Notes: generated from the sequence alone by a model not told the origin. Counted from the first letter of the stretch, positions 33,890 through 42,654 are shown. The stretch is DNA of 64,000 bases from an uncultured Methanosarcinales archaeon (GCA_964527395.1 CAZGQD010000001.1:3000-66999); one strand, 5' to 3'. A program made the numbers and translations.

Positions 33890-35833
33890 GTGATAACAGA
33901 ATCTAGAGATAATCCAATTAGAAGGGAAAAATATCAAAAAATAGTAACACAAACTCCTTCTCATATAGATACTTATTTGGTTACTACATTTACTGATTAT
34001 GGTACATTGTCTAGTTTGATTAGTGAAATTGGTTTTAGTGCAGTTCAATTGAATGTTGATGCTAGAAAAGGTTCTGGACAAATAGAAGATATTTCAATTG
34101 AAGATATTCAAAAATTGAGAGAAAATTTTCCTGATTTGAAAATAGTTAAGGGAATTGTAATAAATTATGAGGTTGAAAAAGGAGTTAGTCCAATTGAGTA
34201 TGGCGAGAGATTTCTACCTTATGTGGATAATGTTCTTTTAGATGCAGTATCTGTTGATGATAGTGGAAGATTACTTTTCATGGAAACTGAGGGTTTCCAG
34301 ACGCTGCTCTCAGCAGCACATGGAGGAACAGGGATTACATTAGATTGGGATGATTGTAGAAGATTTGTTGATCAATATGGTTTTGATGCTAATAATTCCA
34401 GACAAGTAATCTTAGCAGGGGGTCTAAATAGGCATAATGTTCAAGAAGCAGCAGCAAAAACAGGAGTTATGGGAGTTGATGTACAATCAGGAGTTGGAAA
34501 GTGGAGAAAGGATTATTTGTTACTTGAAGATTTTCTAAAAAATGCTAAGAGTAGGGAAGCTCAGAGAAGAGTAACAACTGGAATGACATTTAAGGATTTA
34601 GCTGAAAATTTGCCGGTTTTACCTAGACAACACCTATTTAGAGAAAGAGAAGAGTACTTAAGTTCAATTTCTGATTTAGAAACATTCAGAAGAGCTCTTT
34701 ATTTTTCACAAAGAACTGATGCTGTTGGAAGACCAAGAATTAATGAGGAAGAATGGGGAAGAGTAGCTTCTAAGTTAGGAGATTTGGCTGATATTGTTGA
34801 AAGAAATACAGCAAGACATGCAGGAGATGTAGTATTCAGGTCGAATAATTATTTCTTAGGACATACACTATTTGGAATATTTGGAGAAGAAGCAAAAAAA
34901 GAAGGAGAAAAAGTTGCAAGCGAAATTGATTTAAGATTTAAAGAAAATGAGGGTTTGATAGCTAAATTAGCTTCAAAAGGAGAAATTTCTAGGGATATTA
35001 ACTTACAAATACCTATATTTAGTGTTTTAGATCATCAAAAGCAGTACGCATTACTTTTAATGAAGAATGTATATACTGCAATGAGAAAGGCTGATAAAGC
35101 TGGAAAAAGACCTGATGAGGTAATAAGTAGAGAAGATTTTGATACTTTATTTCAATTATGTCAAGATACAGTTTCAGTTGCATATAGGTTTATTCTTACT
35201 GGAGAGGTTATTCCAATTGATTATAAAAGTGATTTTGTTGAAAAACTCACAAACAAGTTAGAATTTAGTGATTGGAAAGATTCTTGGAGAGAAATGGATG
35301 ACCCTGCTAAAATTCTTTTATATACTATAAATGCTATGCAAAATCTTGAAAGAGAAGTAGATTTGATAGTAAATCCTTTCTCAGGAGGGATGGAGTTAGG
35401 GTATGCTTTTAGAGGAATTACTGCAGCTTTAGGAAAGGATGTTGTTAGAGATGTTTTGCTGCTGAAGTTTTCAATGCATGGTGATGGAGATGACTTAGTT
35501 GATTATCCAAAAGAGCAATGGTTTGAAAAACTTGTAAGTGGAGGGATTCCAAGATTAATAAGAGATGAGGCAAGAGGAAAATTATTGGTTAATCATGGAT
35601 TAATAATTGATGATAATACTACTTCTAAAAGTACACTAGCACAAATTAGAGAAGCTGTTACTAGTAAGGGAATTAATCAAGGAAGATATGGGATATGTGC
35701 TATTGAAATAGGAAGGTTAGATAAAGTGAATTTTGATGAAACAATTCTTACTGATTTAGAATTTGAAGCGATAGGTGATAGGATGAGTGAAAAGCATAAA
35801 ACTGGATTAGTAGCAGAATCTCTTAAAATATGA
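33890..35833 (+). CDS. Fusion protein: PRAI (TrpF)-like TIM barrel, central helical region, C-terminal type I phosphoribosyltransferase domain
   Basis: GGTGITLDWDD...VILAGGLNRHNVQEAA...GVDVQSGVG are TrpF C-terminal motifs, and GLIIDDNTTSKSTLAQI is the type I PRT PRPP-binding loop. Same frame as the 33755 fragment. Confidence 0.7.
   Translation: MITESRDNPIRREKYQKIVTQTPSHIDTYLVTTFTDYGTLSSLISEIGFSAVQLNVDARKGSGQIEDISIEDIQKLRENFPDLKIVKGIVINYEVEKGVSPIEYGERFLPYVDNVLLDAVSVDDSGRLLFMETEGFQTLLSAAHGGTGITLDWDDCRRFVDQYGFDANNSRQVILAGGLNRHNVQEAAAKTGVMGVDVQSGVGKWRKDYLLLEDFLKNAKSREAQRRVTTGMTFKDLAENLPVLPRQHLFREREEYLSSISDLETFRRALYFSQRTDAVGRPRINEEEWGRVASKLGDLADIVERNTARHAGDVVFRSNNYFLGHTLFGIFGEEAKKEGEKVASEIDLRFKENEGLIAKLASKGEISRDINLQIPIFSVLDHQKQYALLLMKNVYTAMRKADKAGKRPDEVISREDFDTLFQLCQDTVSVAYRFILTGEVIPIDYKSDFVEKLTNKLEFSDWKDSWREMDDPAKILLYTINAMQNLEREVDLIVNPFSGGMELGYAFRGITAALGKDVVRDVLLLKFSMHGDGDDLVDYPKEQWFEKLVSGGIPRLIRDEARGKLLVNHGLIIDDNTTSKSTLAQIREAVTSKGINQGRYGICAIEIGRLDKVNFDETILTDLEFEAIGDRMSEKHKTGLVAESLKI
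34277..34323 (+). repeat. Family B double-hairpin element, second copy inside the TrpF-like gene (open, in frame)
   Basis: ttcatggaaactgagggtttccagacgctgctctcagcagcacatgg has hairpins ggaaac/gtttcc and gctgc/gcagc. It lengthens the segment between LLD and GGTG relative to typical TrpF. Confidence 0.7.
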
Positions 35834-35878
35834 CGAAAGTTTAAAATATCTGAGGCTCTTTTAAGAATTAGATTAAAA

Positions 35879-36271
35879 ATGGAATTAGCAATAGATCAAC
35901 AAAAAAAAGTTCAAACACTACTGGTTGAGTTAGTTGGTGGAACAGATGTTGATTGGCCAAAAGACGATTATCGTGCAGCTAGAAGAGTTGTTAATCAAAG
36001 AATAAATGATTATATTGTTGATTTTTATGAAAAAACTAAAGATTTGCCTTTTCAGGATTTCCATGAATTTGCAGAAAGAGCTGGATTTGTCTGGGAGAAA
36101 TTAAGATTAGGGTTAAGAGAAGAAGTTTCAAGAGTTTATGCAGATCAAGAACAAATCAAGAATAGATTGCTTAGTTATATCGGTTCTGAAGAACATGGAA
36201 GGATTGCACATCTAGAAGTAGATTATATGATGACTCGAAGACCTTCTTGGATTGATGAGTATAGAACTTAG
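35879..36271 (+). CDS. Hypothetical protein (130 aa)
   Basis: ORF 45 nt after the fusion gene. Its 5' region is partly duplicated at 36306-36370. Confidence 0.5.
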   Translation: MELAIDQQKKVQTLLVELVGGTDVDWPKDDYRAARRVVNQRINDYIVDFYEKTKDLPFQDFHEFAERAGFVWEKLRLGLREEVSRVYADQEQIKNRLLSYIGSEEHGRIAHLEVDYMMTRRPSWIDEYRT

Positions 36272-36287
36272 AGGTTTTCTTATTTAA

Positions 36288-36452
36288 TATGGAAAAAAGG
36301 AATTAATTGAGCTAGTTGGTGGAACAGATACAGTTTGGCAAAGAAATGATTATTTTTCAGCAGAAGATTTGATTGAAGGGATTTAGCATTAAGTGAACAA
36401 ATAAGAAATTCTGTTGATTAATTGTATACTCATGCGAATAGTATTCTTGATG
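36288..36452 (+). pseudogene. Gene remnants: frameshifted copy of the 5' part of 35879..36271 followed by a copy of the 3' end of 32146..32493 (DR2b)
   Basis: ttgagctagttggtggaacagat... matches 35925-35990, reads ELIELVGGTDTVWQRNDY and has no start codon. ctgttgattaattgtatactcatgcgaatagtattcttga matches 32447-32493 with a 7-nt gap. Confidence 0.65.
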
Positions 36453-36469
36453 GAGAGTATTTGGATAGG

Positions 36470-37246
36470 TTATATCTCTATAACAAAATCTCTCTTAAAG
36501 TCCAACTGTTGTCCATCATCAACATAACCTAAAGTATTTTTAACAATTCTTGTTTGTCCAATTTTTATATCACAAAAACCATGAGAATGTCCACAGACCC
36601 ATAGATTTATTTGAGGATGAGATTTAATGAATTGATCTAAGTTTGTTGCATATGCTGAATTTATATTACTATTAGCGTAAATTTTAGGGATACAAGAAAA
36701 ACTAGGTAAATGATGAGTCATAACAACAATTTTTCCATCAAATGGTTTCTCAATCTCTTGTTTTAAGAAATAAAAACTGATTTTGTGGAGCTTTTTGACC
36801 TTTTCAACAGAGATGGGTGATTTTTCATTGTAAATGTCTTTTTCAAAGATTATTCTAAAATCATTCATCCCATTTTCTATTGCTAATTGCTCGGCTTTTG
36901 ATATGTCAGACCATAAAGTACTTACTATAAACTTAACACCGTTTATTACTAAACTCTTGTTATTCAATTTTATGTGATTTTCACTCAAATTACTTGAATA
37001 ATCAGGATAAGCATAAGACAAAATGCCGTGATAAAATTCATGATTTCCCATTACTGAGATAATATTTTTGAAGTCTTTTGAAATTTTATCATAGAATTTT
37101 CTTGCTTTTTTCTTATATTTGTCAGGAACAATATCTCCTGCTAATAGTAGAATGTCTCCTTTAGGTATTATAGGATTATTTTCTAACCATTCTCTATTTT
37201 CTTTAAATTCTAAGTGTAAATCAGATGCTATTTGAATCTTAACCAT
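36470..37246 (-). CDS. Calcineurin-like metallophosphoesterase
   Basis: IASDLHLEF, LLAGDI, GNHEFY, VMTHHLP and CGHSHG are the metallophosphoesterase motifs. Confidence 0.8.
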   Translation of the reverse strand: MVKIQIASDLHLEFKENREWLENNPIIPKGDILLLAGDIVPDKYKKKARKFYDKISKDFKNIISVMGNHEFYHGILSYAYPDYSSNLSENHIKLNNKSLVINGVKFIVSTLWSDISKAEQLAIENGMNDFRIIFEKDIYNEKSPISVEKVKKLHKISFYFLKQEIEKPFDGKIVVMTHHLPSFSCIPKIYANSNINSAYATNLDQFIKSHPQINLWVCGHSHGFCDIKIGQTRIVKNTLGYVDDGQQLDFKRDFVIEI

Positions 37247-37400
37247 GTTAATGTCAGAGGGAGGAGTTTATTTAAATTTGTTTGATGAATTTGGAGCTGT
37301 TTTGGTTTTGAGATGTTATATTTACTCAAGTTTTATCTGCAGTGGGCCATATCTCTCAAGTAGCCAAAAGATTTTTAATTAAAACAATTTTTGAGTTAAG

Positions 37401-38549
37401 ATGACAGCATATTCACATTCAAGATTAGGTACTTACATACAATGTAAGTATAAATATAAGTTACAATATATTGATAAGGTCAAAGTTGATATTCCAGATA
37501 CTGTTGAAACTTTCATGGGAAAGTTGGTGCATGAGGCTCTTGAGAAGCTTTACAAAGATCTTCAGTTTCAAAAACGTAATTCTAAGCAAAATTTGATTGA
37601 TTTCTATCTAATGCGTTGGGAACAAGAGTGGACAGATAAGGTTTTGATAGCTAAAAAAGAGTATTCTGAAGATAATTACAAAGATATGGGAATTAAGTTT
37701 GTTTCTGATTACTATGATCATTATAAACCATTTAATCATTTGCGAACTGTTGGACTTGAAACAGAAGATAGAATGCAACTTGAAGATGGGAATCAATATC
37801 ATGTAAGAATAGATAGGTTAGCATGTGACAAAGAAGGAAATTATTATGTTTGTGATTACAAAACCAATAATCGTTTAAAAGCACAAGGAGAATTAGATGA
37901 AGATAGACAGCTTGCAATGTATTCCTTATGGGTAAAAAATCAGTTCCCAGATTGTAAATCAGTAAAATTAGTTTGGTATTTCTTAGCATTTGATAAAGAG
38001 ATGGTCTCTGAGCGTTCTGAGGAGCAGTTACTTCAATTGAAGAAAAGTACTGAAGATTTGATAGCTGAAATAGAATCTAATACAGAATGGCCAACTACTG
38101 TGACTGCACTTTGTGGTTGGTGCAAATTTAAACCAATTTGTCCAACTTGGAAGCATGAAGCTGAGCTTGAGGAAAAGACTCCAGAAGAGTTTGCTGAGGA
38201 TGATGGGGTCAAATTAGTTGATGAGTTAGCTGTTTTAGAAGGTCAAAAGAAGCAAGTTAGTGATAGAATTAGTGAAATTAAGAGTCAATTGGTAGAATTT
38301 GCCAAACAAAAGGAAGTTCAAGCAGTGTTTGGATCAGAAAAAAGGGTGTCTGTGAAAGGTTATGAATGGTTGGAATACCCTAAATCTGAAGAATTTTATT
38401 CAATTTTGAAGGAAAAAGGTCTTTGGGATGATGTTTTAGGAGTAAATGGTTCTAAAATGCAAAAAGTCTTAAAGAAAAGCTATGATGAACTGAAAGATTA
38501 TGTTAATAAGGAATTGAAGTATAGGTTGAGTTTGGGTAAGAGGAAGTGA
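37401..38549 (+). CDS. PD-(D/E)XK nuclease, Cas4/RecB-like with Cys cluster, plus coiled-coil C-terminal extension
   Basis: N-terminal Cys (YIQCKYKY), core IDRLACD...VCDYKT, QLAMY, and C-terminal CGWCKFKPICPTW. This matches the Cas4/AddB 4-Cys nuclease layout. Confidence 0.8.
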   Translation: MTAYSHSRLGTYIQCKYKYKLQYIDKVKVDIPDTVETFMGKLVHEALEKLYKDLQFQKRNSKQNLIDFYLMRWEQEWTDKVLIAKKEYSEDNYKDMGIKFVSDYYDHYKPFNHLRTVGLETEDRMQLEDGNQYHVRIDRLACDKEGNYYVCDYKTNNRLKAQGELDEDRQLAMYSLWVKNQFPDCKSVKLVWYFLAFDKEMVSERSEEQLLQLKKSTEDLIAEIESNTEWPTTVTALCGWCKFKPICPTWKHEAELEEKTPEEFAEDDGVKLVDELAVLEGQKKQVSDRISEIKSQLVEFAKQKEVQAVFGSEKRVSVKGYEWLEYPKSEEFYSILKEKGLWDDVLGVNGSKMQKVLKKSYDELKDYVNKELKYRLSLGKRK

Positions 38550-38550
38550 G

Positions 38551-38964
38551 ATGGTGAAAATAGATAGGATTTATGTTGATACTAATGTTTATGTCAGTTT
38601 AGTTCAACCAGAAGAAGGAAAATGGCAAAGTTTTACTGATTTAGCGGCATTTTTGTTTCATAGAATCCGTCAAGGAGAATTCACATTAGTTATTTCTGAC
38701 CATGTTATTGAAGAATTTAGTAAATATAGAGATATAAAAGAGATTCAAGAGATATTAGATGGTATAGAGAGTGATAATTTAATTGAAGTAAAAACTACTT
38801 ATAAAGATAAACAAAAAGCTCGTGAATTTTCTTCAACAAATTATCCTGATGCTTTGCATGTTGCGTTAGCTTTAAAGGCAAATGCAGTAGTTTTAGTTAC
38901 AAGAGATTCAGATTTTGCTGAATTTGAGGATTTTATTGAGATCTGTTTTCCTGACGAGCTTTAG
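38551..38964 (+). CDS. PIN-domain protein
   Basis: IYVDTNVY (N-terminal Asp), internal acidic residues, and LVTRDSDF near the C-terminus. Starts 1 nt after the nuclease stop. Confidence 0.65.
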   Translation: MVKIDRIYVDTNVYVSLVQPEEGKWQSFTDLAAFLFHRIRQGEFTLVISDHVIEEFSKYRDIKEIQEILDGIESDNLIEVKTTYKDKQKAREFSSTNYPDALHVALALKANAVVLVTRDSDFAEFEDFIEICFPDEL

Positions 38965-39970
38965 AGGTGTATTTATAATATGGACTATCTTTTGGAATTA
39001 TAATTGGAGGACAGTTATCTCCAAGCGTAGTGATGTGTTCGTCTATGCTTGCTAAAAGAACTTCTAATTTCATGTAATAATGTTCTTTTAATATGTTAAT
39101 CTCATACCAGTTCTTTTTTTGCAAAGATTTGTAAAGATTGTATGTTGCCATTATTTCCCACACTTTCAAAAACGTTTCATTCATTTGAGATCTGATGTCT
39201 TCTAGCTCTCTAATTGGCAGTTTACTTAATAATCTTAAGCTAAATGAAAGAAAAGATTCGAGAACTTCTATTATTTTGTTATTTTCTTCTGTCTTTTTAA
39301 AGTTAAAAATAAAATGTTTAATATTTTTTTTCAATAAGTAAATAGAGTCTTCAGTGAATTTATCAAGTAAATTTTGACTAATTAGTAATCGAAGTTTGTA
39401 TGACTCATTTCCAGTTTCAGTATAATGTCTTTCTAATAGTTCTGTAGTTGTAGGAATGTCTTTGAATTCTTCGATAATGTCTGTAATTTTAGTATCATAT
39501 TGTTTTGAAGAAGTAATTCCTGTTAAATCAGGATTATATAACACGGCACATTGACCATACAAGAACCATCCATATGGAACATTGTTCTCTTCAGTTGATT
39601 TAATTAACTTAACAAGAATTTTCTGCCTGAAAGTTTTTCCGAGTTTTCTATGTGGCACAATTTTTGACCAAATTTCTTCAATTCGTTTTAAAAGTTGCTT
39701 TGTTCTATGTTCTTGCTCTTGAGTAATTGGAAGTCCCATCAAAGTATCTTTTCGTGGTTTGATAAACCCTGTGGTACCAATGCTAAAATATTCTTTTCCA
39801 TTTTTGATAGATGATTTAACTAGGTTGATTTTAGAAAGTACTGAAATTGTTTTTTTGACTGTTTCCCAATTAATATCTGTTGCTTTCGCTACTTGGTGAA
39901 TAGTTTTTGGATTTTTTTTGAGTGTTTCTACTACTTTTTCGAATAATTTTTCTCTAGTTTGTCGTGCCAT
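38933..39970 (-). CDS. Winged-helix DNA-binding protein with large uncharacterised C-terminal domain
   Basis: N-terminal TIHQVAKATDINWETVKKTISVLSKINLV is wHTH-like. The rest is unrecognised. Confidence 0.5.
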   Translation of the reverse strand: MARQTREKLFEKVVETLKKNPKTIHQVAKATDINWETVKKTISVLSKINLVKSSIKNGKEYFSIGTTGFIKPRKDTLMGLPITQEQEHRTKQLLKRIEEIWSKIVPHRKLGKTFRQKILVKLIKSTEENNVPYGWFLYGQCAVLYNPDLTGITSSKQYDTKITDIIEEFKDIPTTTELLERHYTETGNESYKLRLLISQNLLDKFTEDSIYLLKKNIKHFIFNFKKTEENNKIIEVLESFLSFSLRLLSKLPIRELEDIRSQMNETFLKVWEIMATYNLYKSLQKKNWYEINILKEHYYMKLEVLLASIDEHITTLGDNCPPIIIPKDSPYYKYTSKARQENRSQ

Positions 39971-40266
39971 CTTAGAACCATCTCTCCTTTTTTTGTGTTA
40001 TTAAACACAAAAAATGAAGTTATAGATATAAATGTTTGTATTTTTTTACTTAATTCATTATTTTTTAATAATTTTGAATGATGATTAATCTAGAATTAAT
40101 TTAAAAATGGAATAATTTTCACAAAAAGAACATAAATTTTACTAAAATATTAAATTATTTCTTTTAAATTTATGCAAAAGTGTAAACTGTTCTGTTTTTA
40201 TGAATAAAGCTTATAAAGAGAAAAGACCCTGGTGGGACTTAAGCAAAGAAATAAGTTGCAACTGTC

Positions 40267-42456
40267 CTACTCCAGCGGTACGCCAGTCCAAAGTGTCCAA
40301 TCTTCTGAAGGAGAGTAAGAACCGAAGACGAAGTAAGGAGGATGACCTTGACCCATATGGTTGTAATGAATAGCGCTCCATTTCTTGCCGCCGTAACCTG
40401 TGAAACCTTTGCCAGTACCAGTTACGTGAGCTCCGAAAAGATCCCAGGTTTTTTGGACACTACGCCAACCACCTTGATCAAGAGTGAAGTCTGCACCAGG
40501 TTCTACGATTAATTCGCCATCGTAGCCGTTTTCTTTAAGAATTTCAACCATTCTCTTGATTGGAGCAATACCTTCGCCTGGAGCTAAATGTTCGTCTTGG
40601 TAGCCGTAATTATCATCTAAGTGAACGTGACCTACAACATCTGCTTTAGCTAGCTTTTCTGTCATATCTAGCATCCAACCTTGAAATATTTTATTGTTTT
40701 CGTCTGGAGATTTTGAGGTGTCGTCTTTGAAGTATTTACGCCACATGTTCATATGACCAACATCGAATGTCATGGAAATGGTTTTTCTAGCAGCTTGTTT
40801 AGCTTTTTCATCGTTATAACCAAAAGCAGCTTGGAGTTGTTTTGCCATGGATTTTCTAGAATTTGTAACTAGTTCAATAATTTCGTCAGGGTGAGCACCG
40901 TGAGCTTCTGGAAAGAGGTTTTCCATTGCAACCATAAGGTTCTTTTTTAGTTTTCCTTTGCTTTTTAGTTGTTCACTTTGACGCCAAGCAAATACGCCTG
41001 CTTGACCATAAGCATCGTATGCTTCTTGAAGAGCGTAAGTTCTACCACTTTGAATGTTTCTTGCAGTTTCCATTTGTTCTTCTGATTGTGACCATTGTCC
41101 AGCAGCTGCATCTTGAGCTTGGTTTATGGCAGATTTGATGTTTTGCATCTCTTTTTCAATAATTGCAGTAGGCATTTTTTTGTCAGGAGTTACTAAGCCT
41201 AATTGTTCAGATTGGAGTGCAGTTACTTGTTTTTCGTATCTCCATTTTTCTTCTGGACTTGTTGCTTCTTCTATTTTTTTGTAGAGTTCTTTTGCTTCTT
41301 TTAGTTTTTTGAGTCTTTGAATATTCTCTTCATAATCTCTAGAATATTGGAAAGCGAAAGCTCTGGAGTTAGCTGCGTTTGTTTCTAAGGAAGATATGAT
41401 ATAAGCTTCTTCAGGCATAACTTTGACATCTTCTACTGATTCTGCGTCTTTGAATCTATACCAAAGGTCAGATTTCCATTTAGGGTTATTTTTGTCTTTT
41501 TGGTATTCTTTCCAGAAATGTTTTGCATCTTTAGTCATTTCTTTTGCTTCTATTTCAAGGTCAGGCCAGCCTAATTGTTCAATTTTAAAGATGTTGTTTT
41601 TCTTGTCCCAAACAGGGATTCTGTTAGCTCTTTCTAATTTATTTCCCCAATAATCAATATAGTCTCCTCTTCTCACTGTGTTACCATGTTCGTCAGTGTA
41701 GGAGTCTTTTTTACCTTGCTTATCCCATTGATCATCAGTTTCACTATACCTTTTCCAAACAGGACGACTAATTGTTTTTCCTTTCCTTGCTTGTTGTACG
41801 ATTGAGCCTGTTCTAGTGTCAATTATATCGTAAGTTCCACGTTTTTCTTCTTCATCGTACATCTCGAATCTACCTTTCCATTTACCTTTAGTGTTCCAAT
41901 CTGCGTCACTTACTGGACGGTTAAATTCTCCAGTATGTACTACAACTGGACCACCTTCAGCAACATCTGCTGCGAACTCAATTGCACGTTTGATCTCTTG
42001 AATTGACATAACTTTTTGTTCTTTTGAGAAGTTACCTTGACGATCTTTACCAGCAAGTCCAGCTACACCTACACTAGTGTGTAAGGTCCAATCTACTCTG
42101 TTTGCTCGAGCTTTTTCTCTTAATGCTTGACGTTGTTTTTTACCGTACATACCAGCAGTATGGCCTTGACCGGAACCTTTACCCATACCAAAAAAACCTA
42201 ATTCTAATACTTTTTGTCCAGAATGAATTTTACTCATAGTTGCTGGTAAATTTGGTACTGGACCTAAACCAAAACTCATACCAAAATCACCTGCGGAAAC
42301 TCCTACATCACCTGTAGCTTTTGGGCTTCCATGATCATGTCCGCAATCGTGACCACCACCACCTGAGCTATGTCCATGACCATGATCGCCTTCTCTGTCC
42401 ATAGAACTAGCGTAACCTGTTTCGAATTCAAAATTATTATTACCAAATACAACCAT
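40267..42456 (-). CDS. Xylose-isomerase-like (AP endonuclease 2 family) TIM-barrel protein split by a ~370-aa insertion, with a His/Gly-rich N-terminus
   Basis: N-half has WTLHTSVG and GGPVVVHTGEF. C-half has MTFDVGHMNMW, VGHVHLDDNYGYQDEHLAPGEGIAPIKRMVEILKENGYDGELIVEPG. N-terminal GDHGHGHSSGGGGHDCGHDHG. Confidence 0.6.
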   Translation of the reverse strand: MVVFGNNNFEFETGYASSMDREGDHGHGHSSGGGGHDCGHDHGSPKATGDVGVSAGDFGMSFGLGPVPNLPATMSKIHSGQKVLELGFFGMGKGSGQGHTAGMYGKKQRQALREKARANRVDWTLHTSVGVAGLAGKDRQGNFSKEQKVMSIQEIKRAIEFAADVAEGGPVVVHTGEFNRPVSDADWNTKGKWKGRFEMYDEEEKRGTYDIIDTRTGSIVQQARKGKTISRPVWKRYSETDDQWDKQGKKDSYTDEHGNTVRRGDYIDYWGNKLERANRIPVWDKKNNIFKIEQLGWPDLEIEAKEMTKDAKHFWKEYQKDKNNPKWKSDLWYRFKDAESVEDVKVMPEEAYIISSLETNAANSRAFAFQYSRDYEENIQRLKKLKEAKELYKKIEEATSPEEKWRYEKQVTALQSEQLGLVTPDKKMPTAIIEKEMQNIKSAINQAQDAAAGQWSQSEEQMETARNIQSGRTYALQEAYDAYGQAGVFAWRQSEQLKSKGKLKKNLMVAMENLFPEAHGAHPDEIIELVTNSRKSMAKQLQAAFGYNDEKAKQAARKTISMTFDVGHMNMWRKYFKDDTSKSPDENNKIFQGWMLDMTEKLAKADVVGHVHLDDNYGYQDEHLAPGEGIAPIKRMVEILKENGYDGELIVEPGADFTLDQGGWRSVQKTWDLFGAHVTGTGKGFTGYGGKKWSAIHYNHMGQGHPPYFVFGSYSPSEDWTLWTGVPLE

Positions 42457-42654
42457 CCTAAAGTTTGATTATGAGAAGATGTATATTAATGTATCTTTGA
42501 ATGAAGTTAATGGTGCAAAGAATCAAGTTCCAAAAAATTATGCATCAAAGACCCTAAATACAAAGAATCATGACTCAAGGCCTATAGAAACAAAAAAACC
42601 AATAAAAAAGATTTAACTTTTAGATAATACAACTACAAATACTTCAGTTACAAA

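Noticed and set aside
33828-33890. Canonical bulge-helix-bulge intron boundaries around the 48-nt insertion
   Set aside because: Only a short atgca/tgcat pairing between the flanks is visible, and it competes with hairpin 2. No clear 3-nt bulge, 4-bp helix, 3-nt bulge arrangement was seen by eye. The intron idea is kept as a hypothesis only.
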